From Candidatus Sumerlaeales bacterium (GTDB lineage Bacteria; Sumerlaeota; Sumerlaeia; Sumerlaeales; Sumerlaeaceae): DNA of 64,000 nucleotides. A program made the translations under genes and the position numbers. Under the pieces are notes generated by a model that saw only the letters and a program-made list of their open reading frames with translations, ran no database searches and was not told where the DNA came from. Within the stretch, counting starts at the first letter, position 1, and each line of letters starts with the position of its first letter. The stretch lies in the NCBI GenBank assembly GCA_038243585.1, contig JBBSQY010000006.1, positions 12,840 to 76,839 on the forward strand. The letters run 5' to 3'. Shown one piece after another: positions 36,227 to 44,851 of this stretch.

Positions 36227-38434
36227 ATGGAAGCAGCTGATGTTTCAAACCAGGCCCTTTTGACTCTGGTGACCGCTGTTTCCGCAGGAACTTTTCTTAT
36301 GGCGGTGGCTCAACGGGTTGGCATTCCGGCCATAGTTTTGCTATTAGGCGGTGGGATACTTCTCGGACCCGAGGTCTTTAATATCATACAGCCGGCATCG
36401 TTAGGTCCAGTTTTAATGCCGCTTGTATCTTTAGCCGTAGGTCTCATATTATTTGAGGCGGGAATGACGCTGGACTTCGCCGGCTATAAAACTGCCTCAA
36501 AAGTAATACAGCGGCTTTTAACCATTGGGACTTTGATTACCTGGGTTGGAACCACCGCTGCGATCTACTATATAATTGGGACCCAAATAGAAACAGCCCT
36601 TCTTTCGGCCAGTCTTGTGATTGTAACAGGGCCCACCGTAATCCTACCGCTGTTAAAACGGATCAAAGTCATTCCACGAGTCCATCATATTCTCCAGTGG
36701 GAAGGGGTTTTGATAGACCCAGTTGGGGTATTTGTCGCGATTTTATGTTTTGAGTTCTTAACCAGCGGTAGCGGTATGGCCGCCGCCACTGATTTTGGAC
36801 TAAGAGTCGTCGTAGGGGTCGGTGTAGGCTTATTCGGGGGTTTTGTTACCTATTACATCTTAAAAAAGCGCTGGGCACCGGAACATTTGGTAGGCGTGGC
36901 AACCCTTGGTTGTGCGGCATTTACCTTTGGACTTTCAGAAATGCTGATAGGCGAAGCCGGCCTTTTATCAGCAGTTATTGCAGGCTTCGTACCTGCGATT
37001 CTCAAACCTATTGATCTAAAACGAGTCAAAGATTTTAAAGCAGAAGTCGCTGATCTACTTATCGCCGTGCTTTTTATGGTGCTGGCGAGCCGCCTGGAGT
37101 TAGTCCAGTTTTTAGAATTCGGGTGGCGTGGGTGGCTGGTGGTCGCAGTGGTTATGGTTGTCGTTCGCCCGGTAAACATTCTTGTCTGTACCGCTGGGCA
37201 AGGGCTGCCATGGCGTGAAAAGGCGTTTTTGAGCTGGCTTGCTCCCCGGGGGATTGTAGCCGCGTCTATGGCTTCTCTTTTCAGAATCATGCTCGAAGAT
37301 AATCCGATGTTTAAAGATCCAGCATTTGTAGAAACTTTTACGTATTCGGTTATCATTACCACAATCGTCATCGAGGGGCTACTGGCGAACCGGGTAGCAA
37401 TTCTCTTGGGTCTGAAACGTCCGGAGGCGACTGGCTGGCTCATTGTTGGTGCGCATGATTTCTCAAGACGTCTGGCGACTTTTCTTATGAAATCCGGCTT
37501 GCCCGTTGTTGTGATCGATTCCAACATGAGAGCAGTTAAAGCTTTAACATCTAGATCAAACATACAGGCATATCAACGGGACGCCCGGGATCCGGCAATC
37601 TTTGAAGATGAAAAAATTATGGGCTTGGGAAACGTTATTGCTTTAACCGACAATGAAGACTTGAACCTCGTAATTTGCAACCGGCTGTCTGAGGTTACGG
37701 GGAGAGACAATGTCTATGCTTGGGTATCCGGCGCAAGCGGCAATCCATTGGAATCGGAAAACGCCAATATCGTCTGGTCTAATCTGCCTAAACCCTCAAT
37801 GCTAAGCGCAGAAATACGACAATACGAGAGTCGCTTTTTCCAACTGGACGGTAATGCAGAACTTCCGTTCGACAGCCTTGTTCTCGGTGCAGTTAGTGAA
37901 AATAAAGTGGAAATTTACCCTGAAAATCCAGACACTCTCCCCGGAGAGGGTGCTACACAAATGGTTGTGGTACGAAGCAGCAATCATTTAAAACGCGGCT
38001 TATCTATGGGTTTAGCTATCGACGTATCAGGCAATAACCTGTCTTCTGCCTTGAACTCCGCACTTGATCTTGTGCTGCTCAAATACCCGAATCTTCCGAA
38101 GGAACAGTTAATTACGGAAATTACTGCAAGAGAGCGAGAGTTTCCCACGGTTCTAGGACATGGAGTAGCTGTTCCTCATGTGTTTACCCGGCACATTAGC
38201 AACCGCATCTGTTGCATCATACGCAGCCCGGATGGGATCACGTTTGGTAATGGCGATTCTTCCGAACAGGTGCATCTGATGTTCCTCGTGATTAGCCCAT
38301 CTGGAGATCCCGTCGGACATCTTGCAATGATGGCGGAAATAGCTAACCTCATAAGCCATGTAGAGATGAGAGCGCGTTTGCTTGGGGCGGAAGACGCCGC
38401 GGAAATTACTCAAGTAATTGGTGAAGAGCAATAA
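36227..38434 (+). CDS. Cation/H+ antiporter (CPA1/NhaP-like) fused to TrkA-N/RCK-like and PTS EIIA (type 2/Ntr-like) domains
   Basis: About 400 aa of polytopic Na_H-exchanger-like membrane domain. A Rossmann-like segment follows (GWLIVGAHDFSRRLATFLMKSGLPVVVIDSN). The C-terminal EIIA-2 signature is GHGVAVPHV with a His. Confidence 0.75.
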   Translation: MEAADVSNQALLTLVTAVSAGTFLMAVAQRVGIPAIVLLLGGGILLGPEVFNIIQPASLGPVLMPLVSLAVGLILFEAGMTLDFAGYKTASKVIQRLLTIGTLITWVGTTAAIYYIIGTQIETALLSASLVIVTGPTVILPLLKRIKVIPRVHHILQWEGVLIDPVGVFVAILCFEFLTSGSGMAAATDFGLRVVVGVGVGLFGGFVTYYILKKRWAPEHLVGVATLGCAAFTFGLSEMLIGEAGLLSAVIAGFVPAILKPIDLKRVKDFKAEVADLLIAVLFMVLASRLELVQFLEFGWRGWLVVAVVMVVVRPVNILVCTAGQGLPWREKAFLSWLAPRGIVAASMASLFRIMLEDNPMFKDPAFVETFTYSVIITTIVIEGLLANRVAILLGLKRPEATGWLIVGAHDFSRRLATFLMKSGLPVVVIDSNMRAVKALTSRSNIQAYQRDARDPAIFEDEKIMGLGNVIALTDNEDLNLVICNRLSEVTGRDNVYAWVSGASGNPLESENANIVWSNLPKPSMLSAEIRQYESRFFQLDGNAELPFDSLVLGAVSENKVEIYPENPDTLPGEGATQMVVVRSSNHLKRGLSMGLAIDVSGNNLSSALNSALDLVLLKYPNLPKEQLITEITAREREFPTVLGHGVAVPHVFTRHISNRICCIIRSPDGITFGNGDSSEQVHLMFLVISPSGDPVGHLAMMAEIANLISHVEMRARLLGAEDAAEITQVIGEEQ

Positions 38435-38522
38435 TGTGTCCTTTCAATGGCTACATCTTAAACGAATGTAATTCTGGAGAGACTCACATGAAACCCAGCG
38501 ATCCGCATCCGATGTTAATAGT

Positions 38523-39305
38523 GTGACAAATCCGTTTGTTTTAATGCAGATGATAGGGTGGGCCGATGTCCTGGATGTCGCCATCATCGGTACTCTTTTT
38601 TACGTCCTGCTCTATCTTCTTAAACAAACCAGGTCCAGTTCTGCAACGCGGGGCGTTGTAGGGGTCATAGTATTTAGCTTTCTATTATACGCCATGGCTC
38701 GGTGGATGCGTCTTACGGCCACCAGCACGCTTTTCGAAAGATTTTGGCTTGTTATCGCTCTCGCAGTTCTGATTATTTTCCAGAACGAATTTAGAAAAGC
38801 AATTTTAGACATTAGCAGACGTTCGCTGGTACGACGCTTTTCCCGTAACGCCATGCCCATGGATGAAGTCGTAAAGGCTGTAAAGCAGCTAAGCCGGCTT
38901 AAAGAGGGCGCGATAATTTGTATAGAGCGTCTGGACGCGCTCAAAAGTCATGCAGAAACCGGTACGCCCTTAGACTCGTTGATTAGCAAAGAGTTAATAA
39001 CCTGCATTTTTAAAAACTACAGTCCGCTTCACGACGGTGCAGTCCTCATCCGGGGCGATCGCATATCCGCAGCTGGCTGTATGTTGCCACTGTCTGACAG
39101 CCCCATGCTCGAAAGCGAATTAGGCATGCGTCACAGGGCAGCAATTGGCCTTAGCCAGCAAACTGATGCTGTAGTCATTGTGGTGAGTGAGGAAACAGGT
39201 ACAATTTCACTGGCTGTTGACTCTAATTTTGAGCGGCATCATACACCGGAATCCCTAAAAGAAGCAATTCAAGAGCTGATGAATGTTGAAGAAGAAGATA
39301 AATAA
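38523..39305 (+). CDS. cdaA: Diadenylate cyclase CdaA (membrane-anchored DAC domain)
   Basis: Three N-terminal TMs, then DAC motifs (GAIICIER, PLHDGAVLIRGDRISAAGCMLPLS, GMRHRAAIGLSQQTDAVVIVVSEETGTIS). Confidence 0.92.
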   Translation: MTNPFVLMQMIGWADVLDVAIIGTLFYVLLYLLKQTRSSSATRGVVGVIVFSFLLYAMARWMRLTATSTLFERFWLVIALAVLIIFQNEFRKAILDISRRSLVRRFSRNAMPMDEVVKAVKQLSRLKEGAIICIERLDALKSHAETGTPLDSLISKELITCIFKNYSPLHDGAVLIRGDRISAAGCMLPLSDSPMLESELGMRHRAAIGLSQQTDAVVIVVSEETGTISLAVDSNFERHHTPESLKEAIQELMNVEEEDK

Positions 39306-40368
39306 ACAGCGCGTAAAAGAGCAGCTACGGCTTGTGGGAATGGCACTCGGCCTGGCAATCATCGTGTGGATGATAGCCAAGTCCGGCGAAACCCGTGAAG
39401 CGAAACTGACCATACCTATCGAAGTGGTCTCTGCCGGACCGCAGGTCGAAGTCCAGGTCATCCCGGAGGAGATGCCGGTAATTATACGGTATGGCCGGGA
39501 AGCGAGCCCGTACATCAGCAGCGAAAACTTTACGTTCGTTATTGATGCCAGCACGATGCAGGAAAATCTGGGTGTGAGCTGGAAGTCCATGACAATGAGT
39601 TTAAGCGACAAAAACTGGGTCGCAAACATACCCTCGGCCCGCGTCGATCTTGCAAATATTGGTTTGCAGGGGAGCACAGTGGAAGTGCGTATGCGATACA
39701 ACGCTGTGCCCGCAGTCATTAAGCCGGAAATTGTGGGACTTGATCGATTACCTGATGGATATCAACTTGTGCAGCCGGTAAAGGTTACACCTCGAGAAGT
39801 TTATTTAATCGGAGATCTGGACAAACTAGCCGGCCATACCGGTGATGACTTGACAAGCCGGATACAGCTGAAAACCGTCCCGGTTTCCGTAGCGGGTCTT
39901 ACCGAAAGCAGCCTCGAAAGCGTGGAGATACTGTTGCCAGCGGGCATTTCTATGGTGCAGCGAAGCAGCAATCTGGCCGAGGTAAACCTGGAAATTCAGG
40001 AAGTGCAAACGGTGCGAACTATTTCTGATATCGCTTTAAATTTTCAGGCTGTTGCTCCTGATACTGTGACCATGAAATATGGGATTAGGTCTGCATCTGT
40101 GCGCGTTTTTGGTCCTCAGAGTCTGCTGCGCCAGCTATCGCCTGAATCCTTCCGCGTGGGACTTGTTCGGCCGCAAGAAGAGGTTCCTGGTCAGGTTCGT
40201 GATGTGCCATTGGAGGTTCATTTTGCGACATCCATATCTGAGGAGATTCGCTCCCGGGTTCTGATACAAGCCATTGAACCGAACTCAATCCGCGTTGAGT
40301 ATGTTGCCAGACAGTCAACCCCAGTAACCGCCACGGCTTCAACAACGGCCACCCAGGAAACGAGGTAA
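39283..40368 (+). CDS. cdaR: CdaA regulatory protein CdaR (YbbR-like repeats)
   Basis: N-terminal TM followed by repeated YbbR-type beta domains. It overlaps the cdaA 3' end by 23 nt, the classic cdaA-cdaR arrangement. Confidence 0.75.
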   Translation: MLKKKINKQRVKEQLRLVGMALGLAIIVWMIAKSGETREAKLTIPIEVVSAGPQVEVQVIPEEMPVIIRYGREASPYISSENFTFVIDASTMQENLGVSWKSMTMSLSDKNWVANIPSARVDLANIGLQGSTVEVRMRYNAVPAVIKPEIVGLDRLPDGYQLVQPVKVTPREVYLIGDLDKLAGHTGDDLTSRIQLKTVPVSVAGLTESSLESVEILLPAGISMVQRSSNLAEVNLEIQEVQTVRTISDIALNFQAVAPDTVTMKYGIRSASVRVFGPQSLLRQLSPESFRVGLVRPQEEVPGQVRDVPLEVHFATSISEEIRSRVLIQAIEPNSIRVEYVARQSTPVTATASTTATQETR

Positions 40369-40376
40369 TTTGAAAA

Positions 40377-41150
40377 TTGCCAAAACTTTGCGTTAATATT
40401 GATCATGTGGCAACCGTCAGACAGGCGCGTCGCATAAAGGAGCCGGATCCTGTTTTCGCGGCGTTGCTTGCTGAGTTGGCCGGCGCCGCCGGAATTACCT
40501 GCCATTTGCGCGAAGATCGTCGTCACATCCAGGATGAAGATGTGGTCAGATTAAAAGCGATGGTAAAAACCCGGCTTAACCTGGAAATGGCCGTCACGGA
40601 GGAAATGCTGAAAATCGCAGAAGATATTAGCCCGCACATGGTGATGTTTGTGCCCGAAAATCGGCAGGAGGTTACGACAGAGGGCGGTCTTGACATAAAA
40701 CGAAACCTTAAGCGGGTAAAAGCTGCAACTGAACGAATGAAGGCTGCCGGACTCAAAGTAAGCCATTTTATTGATCCAGAGATTGTGCAGATTGACGCCG
40801 CGCGCGAATGTGGAGCTAATGTAATCGAGCTTCATACCGGTGCCTACGCTGAAGCCCTGACGGAAAACGATCGCTTGCAGGAACTGCAGCGTCTGGAGGC
40901 AGGCGTTCTACACGCCTCTCTTAACGATCAACGTATTAATGCAGGACATGGACTAAACCTGCGCAATGTCGGCCCCATAGCGGCCATACAAGGTATATCC
41001 GAACTTCATATCGGCCACAGCATAGTTTCTCACTCAGTACTTGTGGGATTTGAACGAGCGACCCGGGAGATGCTGGATGCCATTATTAGAGGTGAGCTCC
41101 TCGGAGCGAGGTATACACCCGCACAGGTTCTGACTCTTTTTTCTCCGTGA
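40377..41150 (+). CDS. pdxJ: Pyridoxine 5'-phosphate synthase
   Basis: [21 protein letters not shown] and [18 protein letters not shown] are hallmark PdxJ blocks. Confidence 0.93.
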   Translation: MPKLCVNIDHVATVRQARRIKEPDPVFAALLAELAGAAGITCHLREDRRHIQDEDVVRLKAMVKTRLNLEMAVTEEMLKIAEDISPHMVMFVPENRQEVTTEGGLDIKRNLKRVKAATERMKAAGLKVSHFIDPEIVQIDAARECGANVIELHTGAYAEALTENDRLQELQRLEAGVLHASLNDQRINAGHGLNLRNVGPIAAIQGISELHIGHSIVSHSVLVGFERATREMLDAIIRGELLGARYTPAQVLTLFSP

Positions 41151-41839
41151 AAAAATCTAGAAAAAAACGCAGAATGTGGACTTTTGTTATTCTCATGCTG
41201 GCCGCAATCATGTTGTGTCTTGTAGCGGCTGTTTTCGTCATCCACCACAATGTCGCCGCGGCTGGTCGAGAGAACATCTATTCGGCTAACGATGATATTC
41301 CCAAAATGCAAGTCGGACTTGTGCTTGGCGCACGTGTATTCAGTAGCGGCAGGCTCTCCAGAATGCTGGCTGACAGAGTCGACGCGAGCATCATCCTATA
41401 CAATCGCGGTGTTATCCAGAAAATATTGATGAGTGGGGACAACAGGTCCGCCAATTACAATGAAGTCACTGCTATGCGAAATTACGCCATAGAACATGGC
41501 GTGCCGCCTAACGATGTCGTTCGAGATTTCGCGGGTTTTCGAACTTACGATAGTATTTACCGGGCCAAAGAGCTATGGGAGTTTAAAGAAATGATAATCA
41601 TCAGCCAAAAATTTCATCTCCCCAGAGCGTTGTACATTGCCGAGAACCTGGACATAGAAGCCGTAGGGGTATATGCTGTCGATAACAGGTATCGGGCTCT
41701 TGTTAAGTCCGAACTACGGGAAACGGCGGCAAGGGTGGCAGCATGGTTAGATGTTTTGGTTGGGCGCGATCCATACTTCCTGGGACCAAAAGAATCTCTT
41801 GATGGATCAAGCCAGGAAACAAGGGTTCCTGAGAAATAA
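41147..41839 (+). CDS. sanA: SanA/YdcF (DUF218) family envelope protein
   Basis: N-terminal TM, then [38 protein letters not shown]...[14 protein letters not shown], typical of SanA. Confidence 0.8.
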   Translation: MKKSRKKRRMWTFVILMLAAIMLCLVAAVFVIHHNVAAAGRENIYSANDDIPKMQVGLVLGARVFSSGRLSRMLADRVDASIILYNRGVIQKILMSGDNRSANYNEVTAMRNYAIEHGVPPNDVVRDFAGFRTYDSIYRAKELWEFKEMIIISQKFHLPRALYIAENLDIEAVGVYAVDNRYRALVKSELRETAARVAAWLDVLVGRDPYFLGPKESLDGSSQETRVPEK

Positions 41840-41867
41840 CCCGACAAATCGCCTTGACCAGCAGCCT

Positions 41868-42974
41868 CTATTCAGAATCTCCAGATGCTGCCTGCGCCTT
41901 TGCGTACTCCTGGCGCAGTCGGTCCATGAGTGCATCCCGCTGATCATAAAGCCGCTTTTGGGGACGTGGTTCACATTTGGTCAAAGCATAAGCTGTAAGC
42001 AGCGGTAAAACGATAGTTGTGTCGGCATAACATACTACCGTTCCAGGTAATTTGTCGGGATCCACTTTCCCCCAACTTACCGCTTCACTTGGGGTTGCTC
42101 CACTTAAGCCTCCGGTGTCAGGGCGCGCATCCGTCACCTGCAAAAAGTAGTCATGCCCTTTCTCCTCGATTCCAAGTACTTCCTGAATCTGCGGTTCGGT
42201 TTGAAGTGCAAAATTTTTGGGAGATCCGCCCCCAAAAATACAGATCGCGCTTTCTCCGCCACTGCGTTTTGCTCCAAGCACTATAGCCGCCGTCTCGTTG
42301 ACGTCAATTAATGGATCAATAGTTAGCTTGCTGCCGCTCAATTGACGAGCGGCCATGTTCATTCCAATCGAGCTGTCACCGGGTGAAGACGTGTAAATAG
42401 GAATTCCCAATTCATACGCGACAGACAGCATGGAACGTTTTTCCTGCCCAAGAACTTTTTCGCGTTCAGCGACATATTTACCGCACAAGTAATGAAATTC
42501 AGCCGAACCCATTGGTCTCTGAAATTCCGGACCCTCAAAAATCTTCCTAAAGAACTCGTCAGTTTTAAGGAGCACATCGTAATCGAAAAAGATATCGTAA
42601 ATCCGCACCACGTTTTCTTCCCGCAGTACGACATCGCTGATGGTATGGTTACCCTGTCTAAGATCCAGCCCAATTCCGAAATGCGTATCATGATACAGGT
42701 TAGCGCCGGTGCTGATAATCCAGTCAATAAAGCCTGCTCTCATAAGCGGAATGATCGCGGAAATGCCTAATCCAGCCGGAGTAAGAGCACCGGTAAACGT
42801 CATCCCCACAGTCACCTGCGGCTTCAAGCATTTCTGAGTTAACAGCATTGCGGCTTCCCGGAGCCTGGCGCCGTTATAAGCCTGCATATTGTTGTCAATC
42901 AGGTCAACGACACTAATCCCGGCCTTAATCGGTTCTGGGTTAATCTTGCGACCGTGCAGAAATTTCGAAGCCAT
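41868..42974 (-). CDS. Deoxyhypusine synthase-like protein
   Basis: DHS-family blocks ([36 protein letters not shown]) over the full length. Confidence 0.8.
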   Translation of the reverse strand: MASKFLHGRKINPEPIKAGISVVDLIDNNMQAYNGARLREAAMLLTQKCLKPQVTVGMTFTGALTPAGLGISAIIPLMRAGFIDWIISTGANLYHDTHFGIGLDLRQGNHTISDVVLREENVVRIYDIFFDYDVLLKTDEFFRKIFEGPEFQRPMGSAEFHYLCGKYVAEREKVLGQEKRSMLSVAYELGIPIYTSSPGDSSIGMNMAARQLSGSKLTIDPLIDVNETAAIVLGAKRSGGESAICIFGGGSPKNFALQTEPQIQEVLGIEEKGHDYFLQVTDARPDTGGLSGATPSEAVSWGKVDPDKLPGTVVCYADTTIVLPLLTAYALTKCEPRPQKRLYDQRDALMDRLRQEYAKAQAASGDSE

Positions 42975-42976
42975 AC

Positions 42977-44434
42977 TTATTTATTATCCTTAACTAATTT
43001 AGGCGAGCCAATGCAACTACCGGAAAATGCGGCCATGGCTTCATATAGGCGTCTGTCTGCTGCAAAATAAGTTCCGATAAGGATCCATGCGAGTGTCGCA
43101 CGAGCGGGCATATGCAACGGAAAGCTTGTTAGGGCATTAACCAGGATTGTAGTTACAGCGGCTAGAAGCGTAACATTTAATGCCGCTGGCGCGGCAAATT
43201 TGCCGGCGTTATGTCCGAGCCTGCGAACACTCAGCCGGGTATTAACAAACCGAACTCCACCGTGGGTAATCAGAAGAAGAAAAAGGCCAAAACCAAGGGT
43301 GCCTTGTTCGAACCAAATCTCAAGGTAATCATTGTGCGTATGTTCCGCAAGACGCCTGTTCATAGCCTTTAGCAACACCACAGTTCCGGCCCGTTCATCT
43401 TTTTCAGCAAGCAGTTTTACGTTATTTATAAATTCAAGTCGATAGCTGCCCGGCCCGTATCCCAGGATTGGGTTTATTGGGATAGCAAACGCTGTGGAAG
43501 TGTAAAAAATCAACCGCTCACGAACCGATTCTGATTGCGGATTAGCAATATTTTTAAACCTCTGTAAAAGTCGCATATCTCGAGGATTTAGGGGGTTCGG
43601 AGTCGAGAGCACAAAAAGTCCTACAATTACAGCAGCAAAGGCCACAACTGCTGAAACCCAGCATGCACGTTGCATGCGTTTAGATAAAAATCCTGTTTGG
43701 CCAACGAACACGACGCATCCGCCTATGGCAAATCCAAGTAACGCGCCGCGACTTCCGCTCAATGCTAAAACGCCAGCAAGAAACGCAGCAGCTCCAATTA
43801 AAAGCACACGGGAAATCCTTCGCAGCTTTGGCTGAAACCCTAAGCCTAATAATAGTATGCTAGTGGGGGCTGCGAAGCCGCCGAAATACTCGGGATTGCC
43901 AAAAAAGGAATGGATTAAATTCCTTCCACCCTCATCCTTGGCAATGGCAAAAGGATATAGAGGACGAAGTACATCCAGGCCAACGAATGCGAGAAACCCG
44001 TAAATACCAGCCAGTAGCCCCAAAAAACCTCCTAACCATGCCACGGTTGCGCATTCCTTAAAAGAAGGTTCGAGTCGGTAAACGACCCACGCGAGACAAA
44101 AGAACGCGCCGTAATGCCATGCTTCAACCAGGGAATAGACGATACGTCCGCTGGCCAGAGCGGAAATTATAAACGACATCAAAAGTCCGGCAAATATTAG
44201 ATCGACAAGACGCCAGGTGGTCCGAGTAAGTGTTTTTAGGCCGGCAACAGATACGATAAAAATGACGGCAAGCAAGGTTCGAAGCGCCAGCATTTTAGAC
44301 TCTATAGCAGGGCTTACCGTTTCAACCTTTGGAATTATAATGATTGACGCCGAGATCAGACAAGTCAGCAAGAGCAGCCAGATCAGCTTTCGAAGCACCC
44401 ATGGCTGAGATAAGATTTTGGGCATTAAAGTCAT
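42977..44434 (-). CDS. O-antigen ligase/polymerase-like (Wzy_C) membrane protein
   Basis: About 11 TM segments, with [10 protein letters not shown] and the periplasmic-loop [16 protein letters not shown] motif typical of the family. Confidence 0.6.
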   Translation of the reverse strand: MTLMPKILSQPWVLRKLIWLLLLTCLISASIIIIPKVETVSPAIESKMLALRTLLAVIFIVSVAGLKTLTRTTWRLVDLIFAGLLMSFIISALASGRIVYSLVEAWHYGAFFCLAWVVYRLEPSFKECATVAWLGGFLGLLAGIYGFLAFVGLDVLRPLYPFAIAKDEGGRNLIHSFFGNPEYFGGFAAPTSILLLGLGFQPKLRRISRVLLIGAAAFLAGVLALSGSRGALLGFAIGGCVVFVGQTGFLSKRMQRACWVSAVVAFAAVIVGLFVLSTPNPLNPRDMRLLQRFKNIANPQSESVRERLIFYTSTAFAIPINPILGYGPGSYRLEFINNVKLLAEKDERAGTVVLLKAMNRRLAEHTHNDYLEIWFEQGTLGFGLFLLLITHGGVRFVNTRLSVRRLGHNAGKFAAPAALNVTLLAAVTTILVNALTSFPLHMPARATLAWILIGTYFAADRRLYEAMAAFSGSCIGSPKLVKDNK

Positions 44435-44501
44435 AAGAACTTACTAAAATACCGTCCCGAAATCAGTCAACTACTGAATGGTGAAAAGTTTAAGTTAAAG
44501 G

Positions 44502-44711
44502 CTATCGCCGATGGACTTGGAACTTATCGTAAACTAATGTCCACTCTTCAGACGGTTCGTTAAAAGATCCTAACAGATCTTCTTCGTCCAATCCCGTAAG
44601 ACGAACGCTCTCTTCAATAAAATGCTCGATGCGCGCTTGTCTGTCTGCTTCAGGATCCATCGGAACCAAATTAAACTGTGCTAATGACCCACGGAGGTCG
44701 CGAAAGCCCAT
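44502..44711 (-). CDS. Small acidic hypothetical protein (69 aa)
   Basis: ORF preceded by an AGGAG SD about 7 nt upstream. I recognised no family. Confidence 0.4.
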   Translation of the reverse strand: MGFRDLRGSLAQFNLVPMDPEADRQARIEHFIEESVRLTGLDEEDLLGSFNEPSEEWTLVYDKFQVHRR

Positions 44712-44851
44712 TGAAATCTCCTGACTTATTCTACATTTTACATGAAGAAGCGGGGCCTGCGCCAGATAGCGTAATCGCTTTTCGTTCCTATTGATAACAA
44801 CACGGCGCCTGAAATCTGCACAAACAAGCGTAATTACTGTCCAAAGATCGA

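Noticed and set aside
36853-37563. 236-aa ORF antisense to the antiporter gene
   Set aside because: It lies entirely within a well-supported membrane-protein CDS on the other strand. The product is Ser/Thr/Arg-rich with no recognisable domain and no SD.
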